Of a stretch of 64,000 nt of DNA, positions 1 to 12,237 are shown piece by piece. The stretch is from the NCBI RefSeq assembly GCF_902459465.1, contig NC_047080.1, forward strand, positions 11,842,001 through 11,906,000. The letters run 5' to 3'. Position 1 is the first letter of the stretch. Each line of letters starts with the position of its first letter. The notes beneath the pieces were generated by a model, which did no database searches, was not told the origin of the DNA, and saw nothing but the letters and a program-made list of their open reading frames with translations. The translations under genes and the position numbers were made by a program. The stretch comes from Asterias rubens. Its lineage: Eukaryota.

Positions 1-1639
1 TTATCTAAAAGATACAAGCTCCTCACAGACTATTATATGGTAATGTTGCTATACAAAACAAGTTAAACATTAAATGATGTGTTTGTTAGTTTCACACGCG
101 TAGACAACATGTCCCGAGATTCAACTGAACTCGATCTATATCCGTCTGTATTGCATTGACTCAAAAGGTAAGACAGCTGTGCTGGAGACCAATGATGTTA
201 ACAGGTATAGACCTAGCTGACTGGGGTTACAGAAGGGGCACAAGCCCCTCCCCTCTCCCGGAATAGATGTGTAATCTGTTTAGTAGTAACTACTCTTACG
301 GATTGTTTATGTTTGTCTTTAGTACATTTCTGTATATTTGAGTTTTAACAATATAAAATATAAATATTGTAAACTCAGTTGTGATTGTGTTTTTTTAGAT
401 AGAATAACTAATACCATAGCCAAAAAACGGTGCACCAAATGGCTTGAAATACGCCTTTGGCTGCAATGTGTTTTTTTCCAATAAACCAATTTATAATAAA
501 AAACGGGTAAAAGTATTAATAGACATTAAATGTACATTTTTTGCTTCATCGTTGCCAACGAGTTAACAGTACAATAGACCATAATTATTGCATAGGCCTT
601 CATGTTCACACAGATGCAGGGGCATTCTGTATGTATTGGGCTTCAACTGAGAAAGTACTATTGTATTCCTGTAATGAGATGGAAAATCAGGACTTCTATG
701 CCATTTCTTTTCTTGCTTTAGAAAAAAAAAAAAAAAAAAAAACATGCCCACACAAATCCCATCTACTATTCTCTGTGGGTGGTTATAAGTCTGCAAATAA
801 CTGCACTGAGACAGGAAACATAAGGCATAGATCATTTTACAGCCAACTACCTTAATGCAGTACTTTGTGACCAAACCCATGATTCTGCAAGCAAAATAAC
901 AAGACTTGTCTTGACTCTTGAGGCATTATTAATATTTTTTTCTGATCTTTAACATGAAATTGAATTTTTGTCTGAGTTGCTTTATGGTCACATATCCCCA
1001 TGAAACCCTCTTCCTTTTTTCTGAATGTAATTTATTTTCTATTGCAAAATGGAGGAGAGAATTGTTTTCCAAAATCATGTGGAAACCTTGGAATGTTTTA
1101 TAACCATACCTATTGTTTTAAATATTTTTGGTTTTCATTATCCCTACGAAGTAAGTAAAACAGCAGTAATATCAACTTAAGAATGAATACAAATTACATT
1201 GCATTGCAAAATCTGTTAAAAAATTGGGTAATCTAACATGTTTCTGTTTTACAATTGGGTGAGGTAACTTCTCTAGTTATAAAAAGGCAACCTAAAGGGA
1301 GTCTATGAATAATGTGGTTATCATAAAGATGTCAAACAATGGGATAATAATCACTCTGTATAAATAGGTATGTGTACAATAACCATTGGGTTACCCTTGT
1401 TAGTCAACACGCCCATTGTTCAAGCCAAGGTCTAAACTTCTTTTATAATACTCCAAAGCTCAGGTTTTTGGTGTCTATTTTGAGCAGGAAAAGGTTGCCA
1501 ACAAAATGACAATTTTTTTTCTTTCTAGTTTTCTGCAGGATTATACTTTACAAAAAAGGTGTTACTAATTATTCCCTGCCTAACCTCTCTTTGCAAGGTG
1601 AGCACAGGACAAAGTTAATTTTTTTTTGTCCCGGCCTGA

Positions 1640-1688
1640 GGCCAGTGATTTAAGCGTCAGGCCAGTGATTTAAGCGTCGGCCCAGTAA
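1640..1688. repeat. Short tandem repeat, about 2.5 x 20 bp
   Basis: ggccagtgatttaagcgtc repeated. Confidence 0.75.
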
Positions 1689-3897
1689 ACTCATGAGCAA
1701 ACAAGTCCAGTGTCTTTTGTTTTTCAATTGAACAATAATACCTCACCTTGTAATATCTTGAACAAAAACAAAATTGTTCAAATGTTGACTTTTGAGTCTT
1801 ATAAATACCTTTCAATACTCAATGAGATAAATATTCTTATTTATGCGCCTGTTCAAACAAAAACAGTTTTAAAGTTTAAAATGTATACAACAGGGTTTTT
1901 CTGCTTTTCTGAAAACACTTCTGGTCATGTAGAAAGTTTGAGCGACACACATGGATTTCAACACAAATTCAAGCCTTGGACACTAATCATACGATAACTA
2001 AAGTAACCTTTTATGGCATTCAATTGTGTTGATTGTGTCCACTTATGGTGCACTAAAGAGTTAAAGTTTGGAGAGTGACTAGATGTTGAAATGATAAAAA
2101 GAATCAGCTGATCTTTGTTTACCCAAAGGCCAGTCTGGTAAACACTGAGCAGAAATCAAGATCAGGGTTTGACAATTGACATTAGGGGTTAACAACCACC
2201 GCACAATTCAAGCAGACAATTTCGCTTACAAATTTTCAGCTAATAAACATTTGCAAGATACCAGTCAATGAGTGACATGGTATATGATATGCATATAACA
2301 TGGTAACCGTATTGTGGTAAGCAGTTTTGTTGTGCTTAGTTACTTTTTTTATGGGGTTGAGCAGCTCTATCAGTTAGTCCCAGTGCCCATTTCAGAAAAT
2401 TTCACTTAAACGTGGTGCATATGACCTGGTATAAAATTGGCTGGTAAGTAATCTTGTTCTGGTAAGCACACTTTTAATGTGCTTAGTTACTTTTCGTGAC
2501 TAAGCAGCTCACTGAACTTTGGGGCCAGTTGCAAAGGTTATTAGTTCCTACCCACCAATGTCAGACTTTGGCTATTGGTCAGAACCTTTCCATACAATTA
2601 GGTCACGTTGATGTGGAGGCAGATGAACTTTTTCTAACTTTTTTCTGAACTTCTTCTGACTCGCCAAATTAACCTACATACGGCAGATCTTTTGTACATA
2701 ATTTTTACTTAAATACTGTGTACTTAATGTTGGTAAATTATAATACTACTTCTACCACATCATCAAGTAAATATCTTTTAATGAGAATATGGTGGGATGG
2801 TGCAACATTTGTGTTTGGAAAAGTAGTTTCATTAAACTAATTTTTTCATAACTGAAGGAGCTTAAGACGCTCCCTGAGGACACGAAGCAGTGGATAAAAA
2901 TAAAGACGGACTGATTGCAAATGTATGATGTTTCTAATACTTCAGTGGCAGAACACACACTACACAGTATAAATTTGAGAAATTAACATTATTTGCAAAC
3001 ATTTTCAGACAATCCCTAAACATTCTACTTAATCCTTTAATACTTAATGGGGTCATCCCTGAGGAAATTAGGCAAGTGTGTCAATATTTTAAATACTGAT
3101 TAGGGGGTGGTAACTCGGCAAAGTAAACAGAGCTGCCTCTTCAGAGCTGACGTAGGAAACACGTTTTAGGAAACACGTTTTGAGTGACGAACAATGCTTT
3201 TATATTACTGCTTGATAATGTGGGCGTATATGTCAGGAAAACAAAATCTGTTTTAGTCAAATTTTGAGGATTTTCGGTATGCAGGTAAAATTCTACATAA
3301 TTTCATTGTTTTTTTGTAATATTTAAATTGCTCTCGTACAAATCTTGTTTTTCTTGGGCCCCCAATTCCATTTTTTCTGTTCCGCTGCCTATGTATTGGT
3401 TCTTTACTTATTGGAGTGCTAGTGATTTGTTTTTTCTGTTTACATTTGATGTTAATTTCTGTAATGTATTTCAATGTTTTAAACTTGTACAAAACATTAA
3501 ATTCAGCCTAATGGCTATGAAAATTATTTCTCACATAACCATTTCAAATCAAATCAAATCAAAATCCTTCTTGTGTGAAAGGAGTGAGTTCCAACAGATA
3601 TTCAATGACCATTGGGCCATAGCCTCAATACAACGTGTGAGTTTGGCTGATTGCCAGCCTTGTAGTTCACAACTTCACAGTGACGTCAATTCTAAACAGT
3701 GCATTCAGATGAATTCTTGCATAAAATATAAATATTGGATCCTAAGAATAACAATAACCCAAACTACTCTTGTAAACTCTTGCATCAGTGAGTTCAAACC
3801 ATTTGGCCCCATTTGGGTGTGTTGCCACCCACAACTAAACACACAATTGTCTATGTGTTATGCATATGTATTCACCATAATGATATCATACTGCAGG

Positions 3898-6800
3898 CTA
3901 CTTTGGGCAGGCATAGCATATAAAGGGTGGACCTGAGAACAAAACAGGTCAACACAAGGCATGGTTTTGAAACACTATGTGGACTTAAGTCCACAGAGTA
4001 TTTTTTTAACATTTTTTTTCTTCTAAAAAGTGCACAGAACAAAAACAGTCCCACAAAGGGTATGCAATACAGTGGTTTGTGTGTATCTATCACTAAAAAA
4101 TGTGTATGACATTAAATGGTCACATAGTAGGAGGTTTAATGATAAACATTCCAGATTTTGACTCACCACTTGCAAGAACTTGGGGCATGATTCCATCCAC
4201 TAGGGTTAGAGCATGTTTGTGCATCTTCATCATTAGCTATAACAAAACAACAAACAGGATTATCAAACTAAATTCTTTATTTAGGAATGCAATTCACATC
4301 ATAATTTTTACAAACTAGAATCCATGCCTTCTTTAAAAACAAAAAACTTTTCATTTAAAACAAAATAAAATTGACAAGAAGATAATGTCCATTCTCCCCA
4401 GAGTTGACCTGTGTACAAATTATCAAACATTGATCGTTGTTGCAACTGCCATAATAGAGACATAAAATAAACTTTACCTGAACTTGTGCAAGACATGCCA
4501 TTGCCTTGGTATACAGTGATGAGAGATGGTGAGTCTTACATAGTGCCAAGGCCTGCAACAGGTGCGGGATTGCTTGAGTGTGATTGGAGGTGGATGAATG
4601 CAGCTCTGATAACTCAATTAGAGTCCTAAAGAGAATAGAAGACAAAGCTTAATCATTTACTTCTCAAATATTCCTCCCTACATCAAATTTATACACTAGT
4701 CTTGAGAACTTTATGATTTGGGTCCAATTTAAAAATTTAAATAATTTGTGTACAAATTTGCTTAGCATCAAACAAAGTCATGCTTAGCAAAACTAGGTTA
4801 CCAGACAAAATGTAATGTATGTTACTTGTGGGTATGGGAAGTCTGAGAGTAAGAGGTCTGAAACTAACGAAATCTCAAGATCCTAGACTATGGCAGTGCG
4901 TTGGCTGTGGCTATTGCTGAGGGTGTTGCTATGGGCAGCCTATACTTCAACGCATGTTACCATGGTGATCAAGCCATAGCCACTAATTTGGAAATGGCTT
5001 AAGTTTGAAGATATGAGACTGAGATGACTGTACCATACATGAAGCTCTGTGGTATACCCGTCTATTTTGTCTCTGCATTCACCGAGGATGTCATTGATGA
5101 TGTCAAAAGCAGCAGATGTCTGCCCTTGTTTCTTTAACAGAATTGCTCGTCTGAAACAAAAGGATTTAACCCTTAAAAGGTGCAACATAAATTGGTCTCA
5201 TAATTTCACACATAAAAGTTATATATCAAAATTTATATCATAATTTGTTGTTGATAATGGGAATAGAATTTAAGATAAAAGCTATCTTTGGACTTTCAAG
5301 AAAATGTATTGCCAAAACTTTCATTTTGTTAAATGAGCGCCAAGAACATGAAACATTATTTCAGAAAAGAGGGAAAATAGTTTGGCCATGGTTTGTTAGG
5401 CCTACTTGGTGAAGTAGTAAACCTCCAAGAGTAAACATTTGCCACCACAAGAGGGCGCTAATTCATTAATCCAATAATGCCAAATGAAATCATCTCCAGA
5501 ACTCACCTAAAGAGGGCGTCAGTCTCATTCAAAGGTGACAAGTTCAAAATGGCTTGTTCAGCTTGAGGCCATTTCCCTTGTAGTATGGCTTTGTCAAATA
5601 ACAACTTCTGTTCACATTCCATCCACAACTGGGCAGACAAAAAAAAAAACCAAGGAGGATTATAAAAAAAGAAACAATTCATAGAATCAAAGAAGAAAAC
5701 AAATAATAGAATCAGTTATAAAATAAATGAAACAAAATATGACAAATGAAGTAAAACATTTTATCTGAACACAGTTTATTTCCTTACCTTTGCATGTCTT
5801 GAGAGGAATGGAAATCTGTCTTTAGCCAGCTTCAGGATGTCTTGAGCAGCAGCATACATTCCTTGTTCAGCATGGAGACGAGCTTGGTTATACATAGCAA
5901 GACAAATAACTTCGCTGTCTTTAGTGATCAAGCAGTTATTAGACGCTCCACCGGGGAGATCTTGATGACTGAGATGAAGAAGTAGCTGGTCACAGTGGGA
6001 GGACATTGTCCTTCGTTAAAGAAAAAAAGAACGACAAATGAGGAATGGTTAGTTACAGATCGAGAGATCTCTTATAGAATGAATAGCTTCCCAACCAAGA
6101 AGCTGCCAGGCCTGATCTCACTGAGACAACAAAGGTGGTTGCCTCCATGCCCCCTGGCCGTTGCCTCAGTGTCCTTCAAATGCTCCAGTAGAAACTTATA
6201 ACTTCCTCACAGGGTGCCTTTTATCGAGGAGAAAATGCCTTGGTGCCCTTGCCCTTTCCAAAAACCTCGCATACAGGCCTGATCTGCAATTGCTTTTAAT
6301 GTTTTATTTTAATTTATTTTATAACACGTCCAACACTAATAACAGTATCACTAGGAAACAAAAAGAAAAATGTTCAGTTTCAGATGTGGGAGGAAAGCCC
6401 AAAGTAAAAAACACAAGCATTCAGGTAGGGACTGAAACCCAATCCAAAATGCAAGGCTCTGGTCTGAGGTGGGATTTGAACCAGGGGTCCACAGAGGTGA
6501 AAGGCAAGGAAAGAAAACACTGAGCCAACCTGGGGCCGATTTCACAAAGATCTAAGATTGATCGTAACTGCAAATCAATCGTAGTTGCTATGAAAATGGT
6601 GATGTCACAATACAAATTACTATGGTGATACTGAAAAATTGTCTTGCGATGAATTTTATTGCTTTGTGAAATCGGCCCCTGATCCTCTAGTTGATCTCTA
6701 TTAGCAAGACGCTTTATTTTCTCAAATGCAAAGCTTTTAATTAGCAGGAAAAGGGTTGGACCGTAGTCAGATTCCTGGTTTATGATGACACAGGCCTGGG

Positions 6801-9800
6801 ATTAGACAGCCTCTGTTACCCCTTGTCTCGACCTTGGAGCTCGTTCAAAAGTTTCCCATAGACTTCAACATTCTGCAACGAAACTGCCCTTTGCAAACTA
6901 AAAATGGCCTTGCCCTCGCTAAGATGAAATTCCTGGTTTATGTCATGAGTGCTCACTCACCTGTGTCCGTACATCTGCCAGAGGGCACTTTGCTGAGCCA
7001 GACTGGTTTGAACCAGTTGTGGCTGGTTGTGTTTGCAGTTCAGGACATCACTTTTAGTCAGGTATTCAAAGACACTAAAAGGAAAGAAGGGTGAAGAGGT
7101 TTATCTTTACTTTGTGATGTTTGTGGACAAAGGAAAGGTGTCATTCCAAACAGGGTCCAATTTCATGGCTCTGCAGAGTTCTGTGATTTAGGGCCCAACA
7201 AAATTTGATCAGGCAACTGGCACAAGTGCTGAAAAAGTCAGGTTGTGAAATGCAATAGAAAGGTGTATTATTACATGCTTTTAGGGTGCCTAAAGTGTAG
7301 AATTCTGTGGCACCATGATTTGGGGTCCGATATACTATACATGTAAATTACCTGGCAGGATCGACAGAGCTGAGACCTTTGTGTTGAGAAAAATGCTGAA
7401 TACCCAGAGATGTCAGATACTGTTGGAAATACAAACAAATTGAGATCATTCGCGATTAATTCATTGCTTAACACAAAAATATGTCTTGAGTTAGACTTGA
7501 TTTCAAGTCTGAGATCACAATTTTTCCTCATCATCAGCCAGGCAAAACACACCACCAGATTAGCTATCACACACCCCAACTAGCAATAAGTAAATGGCGG
7601 AATTTAATCTAGTCATGAATTTACAGGTGCCAAGCTAAAGTCAGAGGCCCCGGACCTGCAGTCCAGTGTGATTTTTCGAGCCTTACAAATCATCTCTCGT
7701 TTCCCTTTACTTACCGGCAGATTCAAAGCATCTGAACGTAAGATGGAGCGATCTAGAAGATGAGAAACATCCTCCCCTTTCATCTTTTGAAGTCTGTATA
7801 ACCAACTCTGCAAAGATAAGGTTTACATCATTAAGATTTACTCATGTTCAACCTGGTTTTTCTAAACAGACCTGTGCTTGCTAATTGAACAGAAACATAT
7901 ACAGGAAATGTACAGAGAAGACAAAAAAGAAACTTTCAGTTTTAGATGTTTGAGGAAAACCCGAGAAATTATTGCAAAGAAAACCCACACAATCGCCTAA
8001 GCTTGGATGCAAGTACATGTACTTACCAGTGCATGTTGAAGGCAGATATTGTCGTTACTCTCATGTGCAATCCGGATTGCTTCTTTCAGCGCTAACAACG
8101 CTTCCTCCCTTTAAGAAGAAAAACAATCTCAACATTTCCAAAACAAGTTTATGGAAATAACCAATCTTTCAAGATGACAACAGCTGAACCATTCGTATAA
8201 TTGGACAATACTGAAAGTAAAATCAACTCTAGCCTTAACATCTGCTGTTACACTTTGAGGCTCATGAATAACGCCAGATAGCTTTCAAACAGATGCTGCC
8301 AGATGTTCCTTTGGCCTTGCATTCATTTCAAAAGGAGATTTGCAGTCAATTCAGTGAATTCACTTGTACATGTACATATATATATGCAAGCTGAAAAACT
8401 ACATCACCTTGGACCAATCATAACACAGATATGGAAAGCTCACTGCCATTTCTGCAATGAAATAATTGTATCCAATGAAATCATTGGGCCTGTTAGACCA
8501 GTGCCTGTCACCAGACTAAATCCACTCTTACCTGTGACCAAAAGTGCAGTGTAGACCTGCCAGATTGAGGGCAGCATAGCGGAAGCTTCTACTAGTTCCT
8601 TCATCTCTATTGCTGTTTGTATCATTGGTTTTGGGCAACAGACGATCAAAGTAACTATGGAGACTGCGTGTAGCACCACAGAACTCACTCAACCGCAGAG
8701 AGTTTAAATAGGAGAGAAAATGCTGTGGATTTTGAAGAGAATTAGGCAGTAACTTAGTTTACACTTTTAAAAGTAGTACATTATAAGGTTCAGCTTTAAA
8801 AACAAGAAATGTGTAATGAATACATGTGTAGTGTCATTTCCGTGATTATATTTATCTTCAGAAACAAAACCCAAAAACAAAATTGAAATATAACACTCAA
8901 AAACATAATATAAGAACTAACTGTTTCCGGCAGATCAGGGTTAGTCTCTTTTAAAGCCGTTATCTCATATTGTAGCCTGCTTGGACTAAGAGCCCCTGGC
9001 TCTTCGTTTTGAAGTAGACGAGCCTGCTGTGCAATGAACACCTCTGCCTGCTGGTGTGTGAAGGTTTGTTCTGATGGCAGGTGCAATGTACCCACCCTGG
9101 AGAAAGAGACATGAAAATAAGAGTTAACTCTGTTTAAAATCTTTATTCCTTCTTCTGGCCATTGTAAAGTTCCAATACAAATTTATATTTTCCTCATACT
9201 TCTTCTTCTTCCTATATAAGTACAAGCCTCATAGATTACCCCTTACCAGAGGAAAATTCCTGTGCCCCTTCAAGGTCAAAGTTCAAGGTATGCTAGACTA
9301 TGTAAGTCTTACTGGTATTCAACCATTTGGACATTAAAGTTTGTGATTTTGTTTCCTTCAGATTTCCAGAAAATCATATTCTTTCTTTCATAGTTATCTC
9401 GCAACTCCGACGACCAATCGACCTCAAATTTTCACAGGTTTGTTATTTTATGCATATGTTGAGATACAGCAAATGAGAAGACTGGTCTTTGACAATTACC
9501 AATAGTGTCCATTGGCTTTAAGTCTTGCATAGTCTATACTCAACAATCAACATTAGTGTAATGAAGTGACTGCATACCTTTTTGTTTGTCGATTTGCAGG
9601 TCTGGTCCTTTCTAACTCCTCGGTAGTCATTGTTCCTCCATCGTCCACTACACTGATGTCCATCATGGCTTTGCTTCTCTCATCTTCGGTCAAGTGTCCA
9701 TCCAGACCACTAAGGTATACCTTGAGACTTTTAAACAAACTGGACACCTGGTCAAAGGAGAGTTTGTCATAGGAGAGCACCATACGCCGAATGAAAATAC

Positions 9801-11333
9801 CTGTCCAGAAAGCAACAACATTTTTATTAAATCATAAATCCTTACAATTTGTTAAATCAATGATGATAGTGGAATCTGAGATGCATAAAAAAACTTGCAG
9901 CAACAACTACTTATCATTAACGGTTGTTGGTACGAAAGTCATTGTCTTTTTGCCTTGTACACTGCCCCACTGTGATTTGTAATTGTGCGCCTGTAAAGAC
10001 GTGGTTACAGTGTTTAATTCTTATTCCTTGAATGTGTGTTGACATCTGTAACCCTGTTTCTTTTATAGACGAACGCATAATTAACTTCTGATTGGAATTG
10101 GTTGGAACGATTAAACAGAAGTCACTAAATAACGGTTTAGGAAAGTAAATGTAAGTTATGCACAACTCTAATTTTATTATTGATCTCATAATCCTTGTGG
10201 ACTATAACTACTCCTAGAACTATTTTCGGTTACGTCCGGCTATCGTCTCCGGTGGGAGAGTTCTAGGAGTAGCCTTTAACTAGATCTCATAATTATCCTT
10301 ACCAAGCACACTGTGTCGATGGACAGGTGATTGACCATTATTACTATCAAGTAGTTTATCCAGAGATTGGATAAAATCAGCCAGTGCAGAAAGTCCTGAA
10401 GTGTTGATAGAACTCAACCTGGTAGAGTAAAAAATGTAGATTAAGTTTTAAAATGTTGTTTCTTCACATACATGAAAATAGTGTGTTATTGATTTGGGGT
10501 TCAACTACTTCTATAAACTATACGGAGCCTTATATTTATAATATATAGTTTCTAGAAGTAGAGTTCAACAAAGAAATATTGACAAGAGTGGGATTTGAAT
10601 GAGGATTTGAATTATTTGTTTTTGCTGTTGAACAAATGCAAACTTACATTTCTATCAAATCTTTGCTCAGTTCTTCATCGATTTCCTTCACTCCCATCAG
10701 CAGATCTTGAAATTCCATATCAGAGCTCTGAAGTAAAATCAATGAAATATTAAGTGTAATTTAATAATAAACCTAATGTCGGTCAAAATTGTGAATCGAA
10801 ACACTCAACTCAATCACATTCAAAAACAAATTTCAAAATGGAAGTAATGCCTATTATTATTATTAAAAGTAAGATCCTGAAAATGAACAATATATAAAGT
10901 TTATATTATTATTAAAAGTATTAAACATGATAAAACATACCATGAATCATGATTAATTATTAATACATAATTGTGAAGAGAGGCTTACCTGGATCCATTT
11001 TAACATCGAGAGTGCGAAATTTCGGCTGACCATAACACTCCAGCCTGTTGCAGCAGTTGCACCCGGTCTTACACTACTTGCACTGAGCTCACCTCCACCC
11101 TCAACCGGTGATTCCTTCGCATCCGACCCACCAGTTGAAGCTGCCGGCCACGGTGCAAATGACTCCTCGTCCGTACCCGTATTTTGCCCCGATCCGGTCA
11201 CCAAGACCGGTGACATTGCAACAGGACATTTCTCGTTAAACTCCTTCTCAGCAAACACAGTAACTAAGACAGCAAGGGACACTTTATGAGGTGTGACCCA
11301 TTCTTTCCCTGAGCCAACATGAGACGGATTCAT
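3898..11333 (-). CDS. ANAPC5: Anaphase-promoting complex subunit 5; 15 clean coding exons plus a doubtful 16th with an early stop
   Basis: Exons with GT-AG junctions and consistent phases: 11333-10989, 10727-10648, 10418-10303, 9800-9578, 9096-8922, 8722-8532, 8108-8027, 7807-7715, 7419-7352, 7074-6961, 6010-5788, 5628-5507, 5150-5034, 4625-4478, 4236-4167 (2167 nt), then probably 3932-3898 (stop). Translated motifs match vertebrate APC5: KEWVTPHKV, RMVLSYDKLSF, QAEVFIAQQARLLQNEE, HFLSYLNSLR, SFRYAALNLAGLHCTFGH, ALKEAIRIAHESNDNICLQHAL, LHAEQGMYAAA, HLLQALAL. The ORF-track start at 11357 is GTG; the first ATG is 11333. The 3' end is uncertain (see findings). Confidence 0.93.
4895..4985. repeat. 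Dispersed repeat fragment, also at about 15820-15915
   Basis: Shared ttggctgtggct.ttgc..agggtgttg.ta.gggca.cct and catggtgatcaagcc. Confidence 0.55.
6345..6527 (-). mobile_element. tRNA-derived SINE
   Basis: Minus strand: A-box-like TGGCTCAGTG and B-box GGTTCAAATCC, followed by non-tRNA body; no complete cloverleaf. Confidence 0.55.
6532..6679. mobile_element. Short MITE with 18-bp perfect TIRs
   Basis: ggggccgatttcacaaag ... ctttgtgaaatcggcccc. Related interior sequence at about 22315-22440. Confidence 0.75.
10208..10272. repeat. 65-bp foldback element (ctcctagaact family)
   Basis: Perfect 14-bp inverted ends ctactcctagaact / agttctaggagtag, with internal gctatcgtctcc. Confidence 0.75.
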
Positions 11334-12237
11334 CGGGGAAATTAAGGTGAATTTCACGTAAAGAAATTCGCGCTGTTTCGTTTGTATTCCTTATATGCAT
11401 ATCATAGGGTGCAAAAATCCAGACTCTTACCGCATCAAACCAATAACTTATGGATAGGGAACCTGACTATACAATTGAAGGTCGACTCGTCCAACGAACG
11501 TCCTTCCGTGTGGCGCGTGCACCAATCCATCTCAGTTTGTTGTGAATATTTCACACAGGTCCCCCTTCCCCTTCCCCCCCCCCCCCCCAACCTCAATTTT
11601 CACCTGTCCTCTCATACAAATGGTCGAAAAGGACTTTTTATTGTTACACTATGAAACACCATTGTTTACAGAAGGGGTTGACAGGATAACGCGGAGTGTG
11701 ACACTCGTAAATTTTTAATTTGTATGAATTTTTGTTTATTGTTGTTTTTTTTGGTTTTTTGTTTTTTTTACTGAAAATCATAAATCACGTTCACACATTT
11801 CCCAAAAATGCTTGTTAGTTTTTATACACACAAATTATGCCTTGATTGACAGACAGCGCCCCATATTGCCCCACACAGTACCTGTGAATGTGATGTAAAA
11901 TAGCACTTTATCAATAGTGATTTTTCTCTTCTTACAGTAAATTAAAATAAACTGACATTTCAGTATCCGGCAAAATACAAAAAGGCACGAAAAAATCAGT
12001 CAAGCATCACACCCACGTATTTTGTTTTTCTCCAATAATTTTATTTTAACGATGACGACATCATCATCATCATACGTCGTCCGTCGACGACCTGTGTCTG
12101 GTCGAATTTACGCCCAAATGGGCTTATTACTGTAAAGCTGTCATTTCCCCTTTGATAAAGCGCACAGTTATATGCTTTTGAGAGCCAATTGTAAACAAAT
12201 AGCGCAATTTCTTCTGCAATGGAGTCCATACAGCAAG
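11334..12237. promoter_or_regulatory. Shared bidirectional promoter region of ANAPC5 and UCK
   Basis: Divergent start codons about 0.9 kb apart, CpG-richer patches near both ends, CCAAT motifs. No TSS data. Confidence 0.6.

Noticed and set aside
104-167. Possible plus-strand exon (TTCPEIQLNSIYIRLYCIDSK) with an AG|GTAAGA donor
   Set aside because: Only 64 nt, weak acceptor, no recognisable homology and no convincing downstream partner exon; cannot support a gene call.
11334-11357. ORF-track extension of ANAPC5 (MKFTLISP)
   Set aside because: It starts at GTG; eukaryotic initiation is expected at the ATG at 11333, which lies shortly upstream of the conserved WVTP motif.
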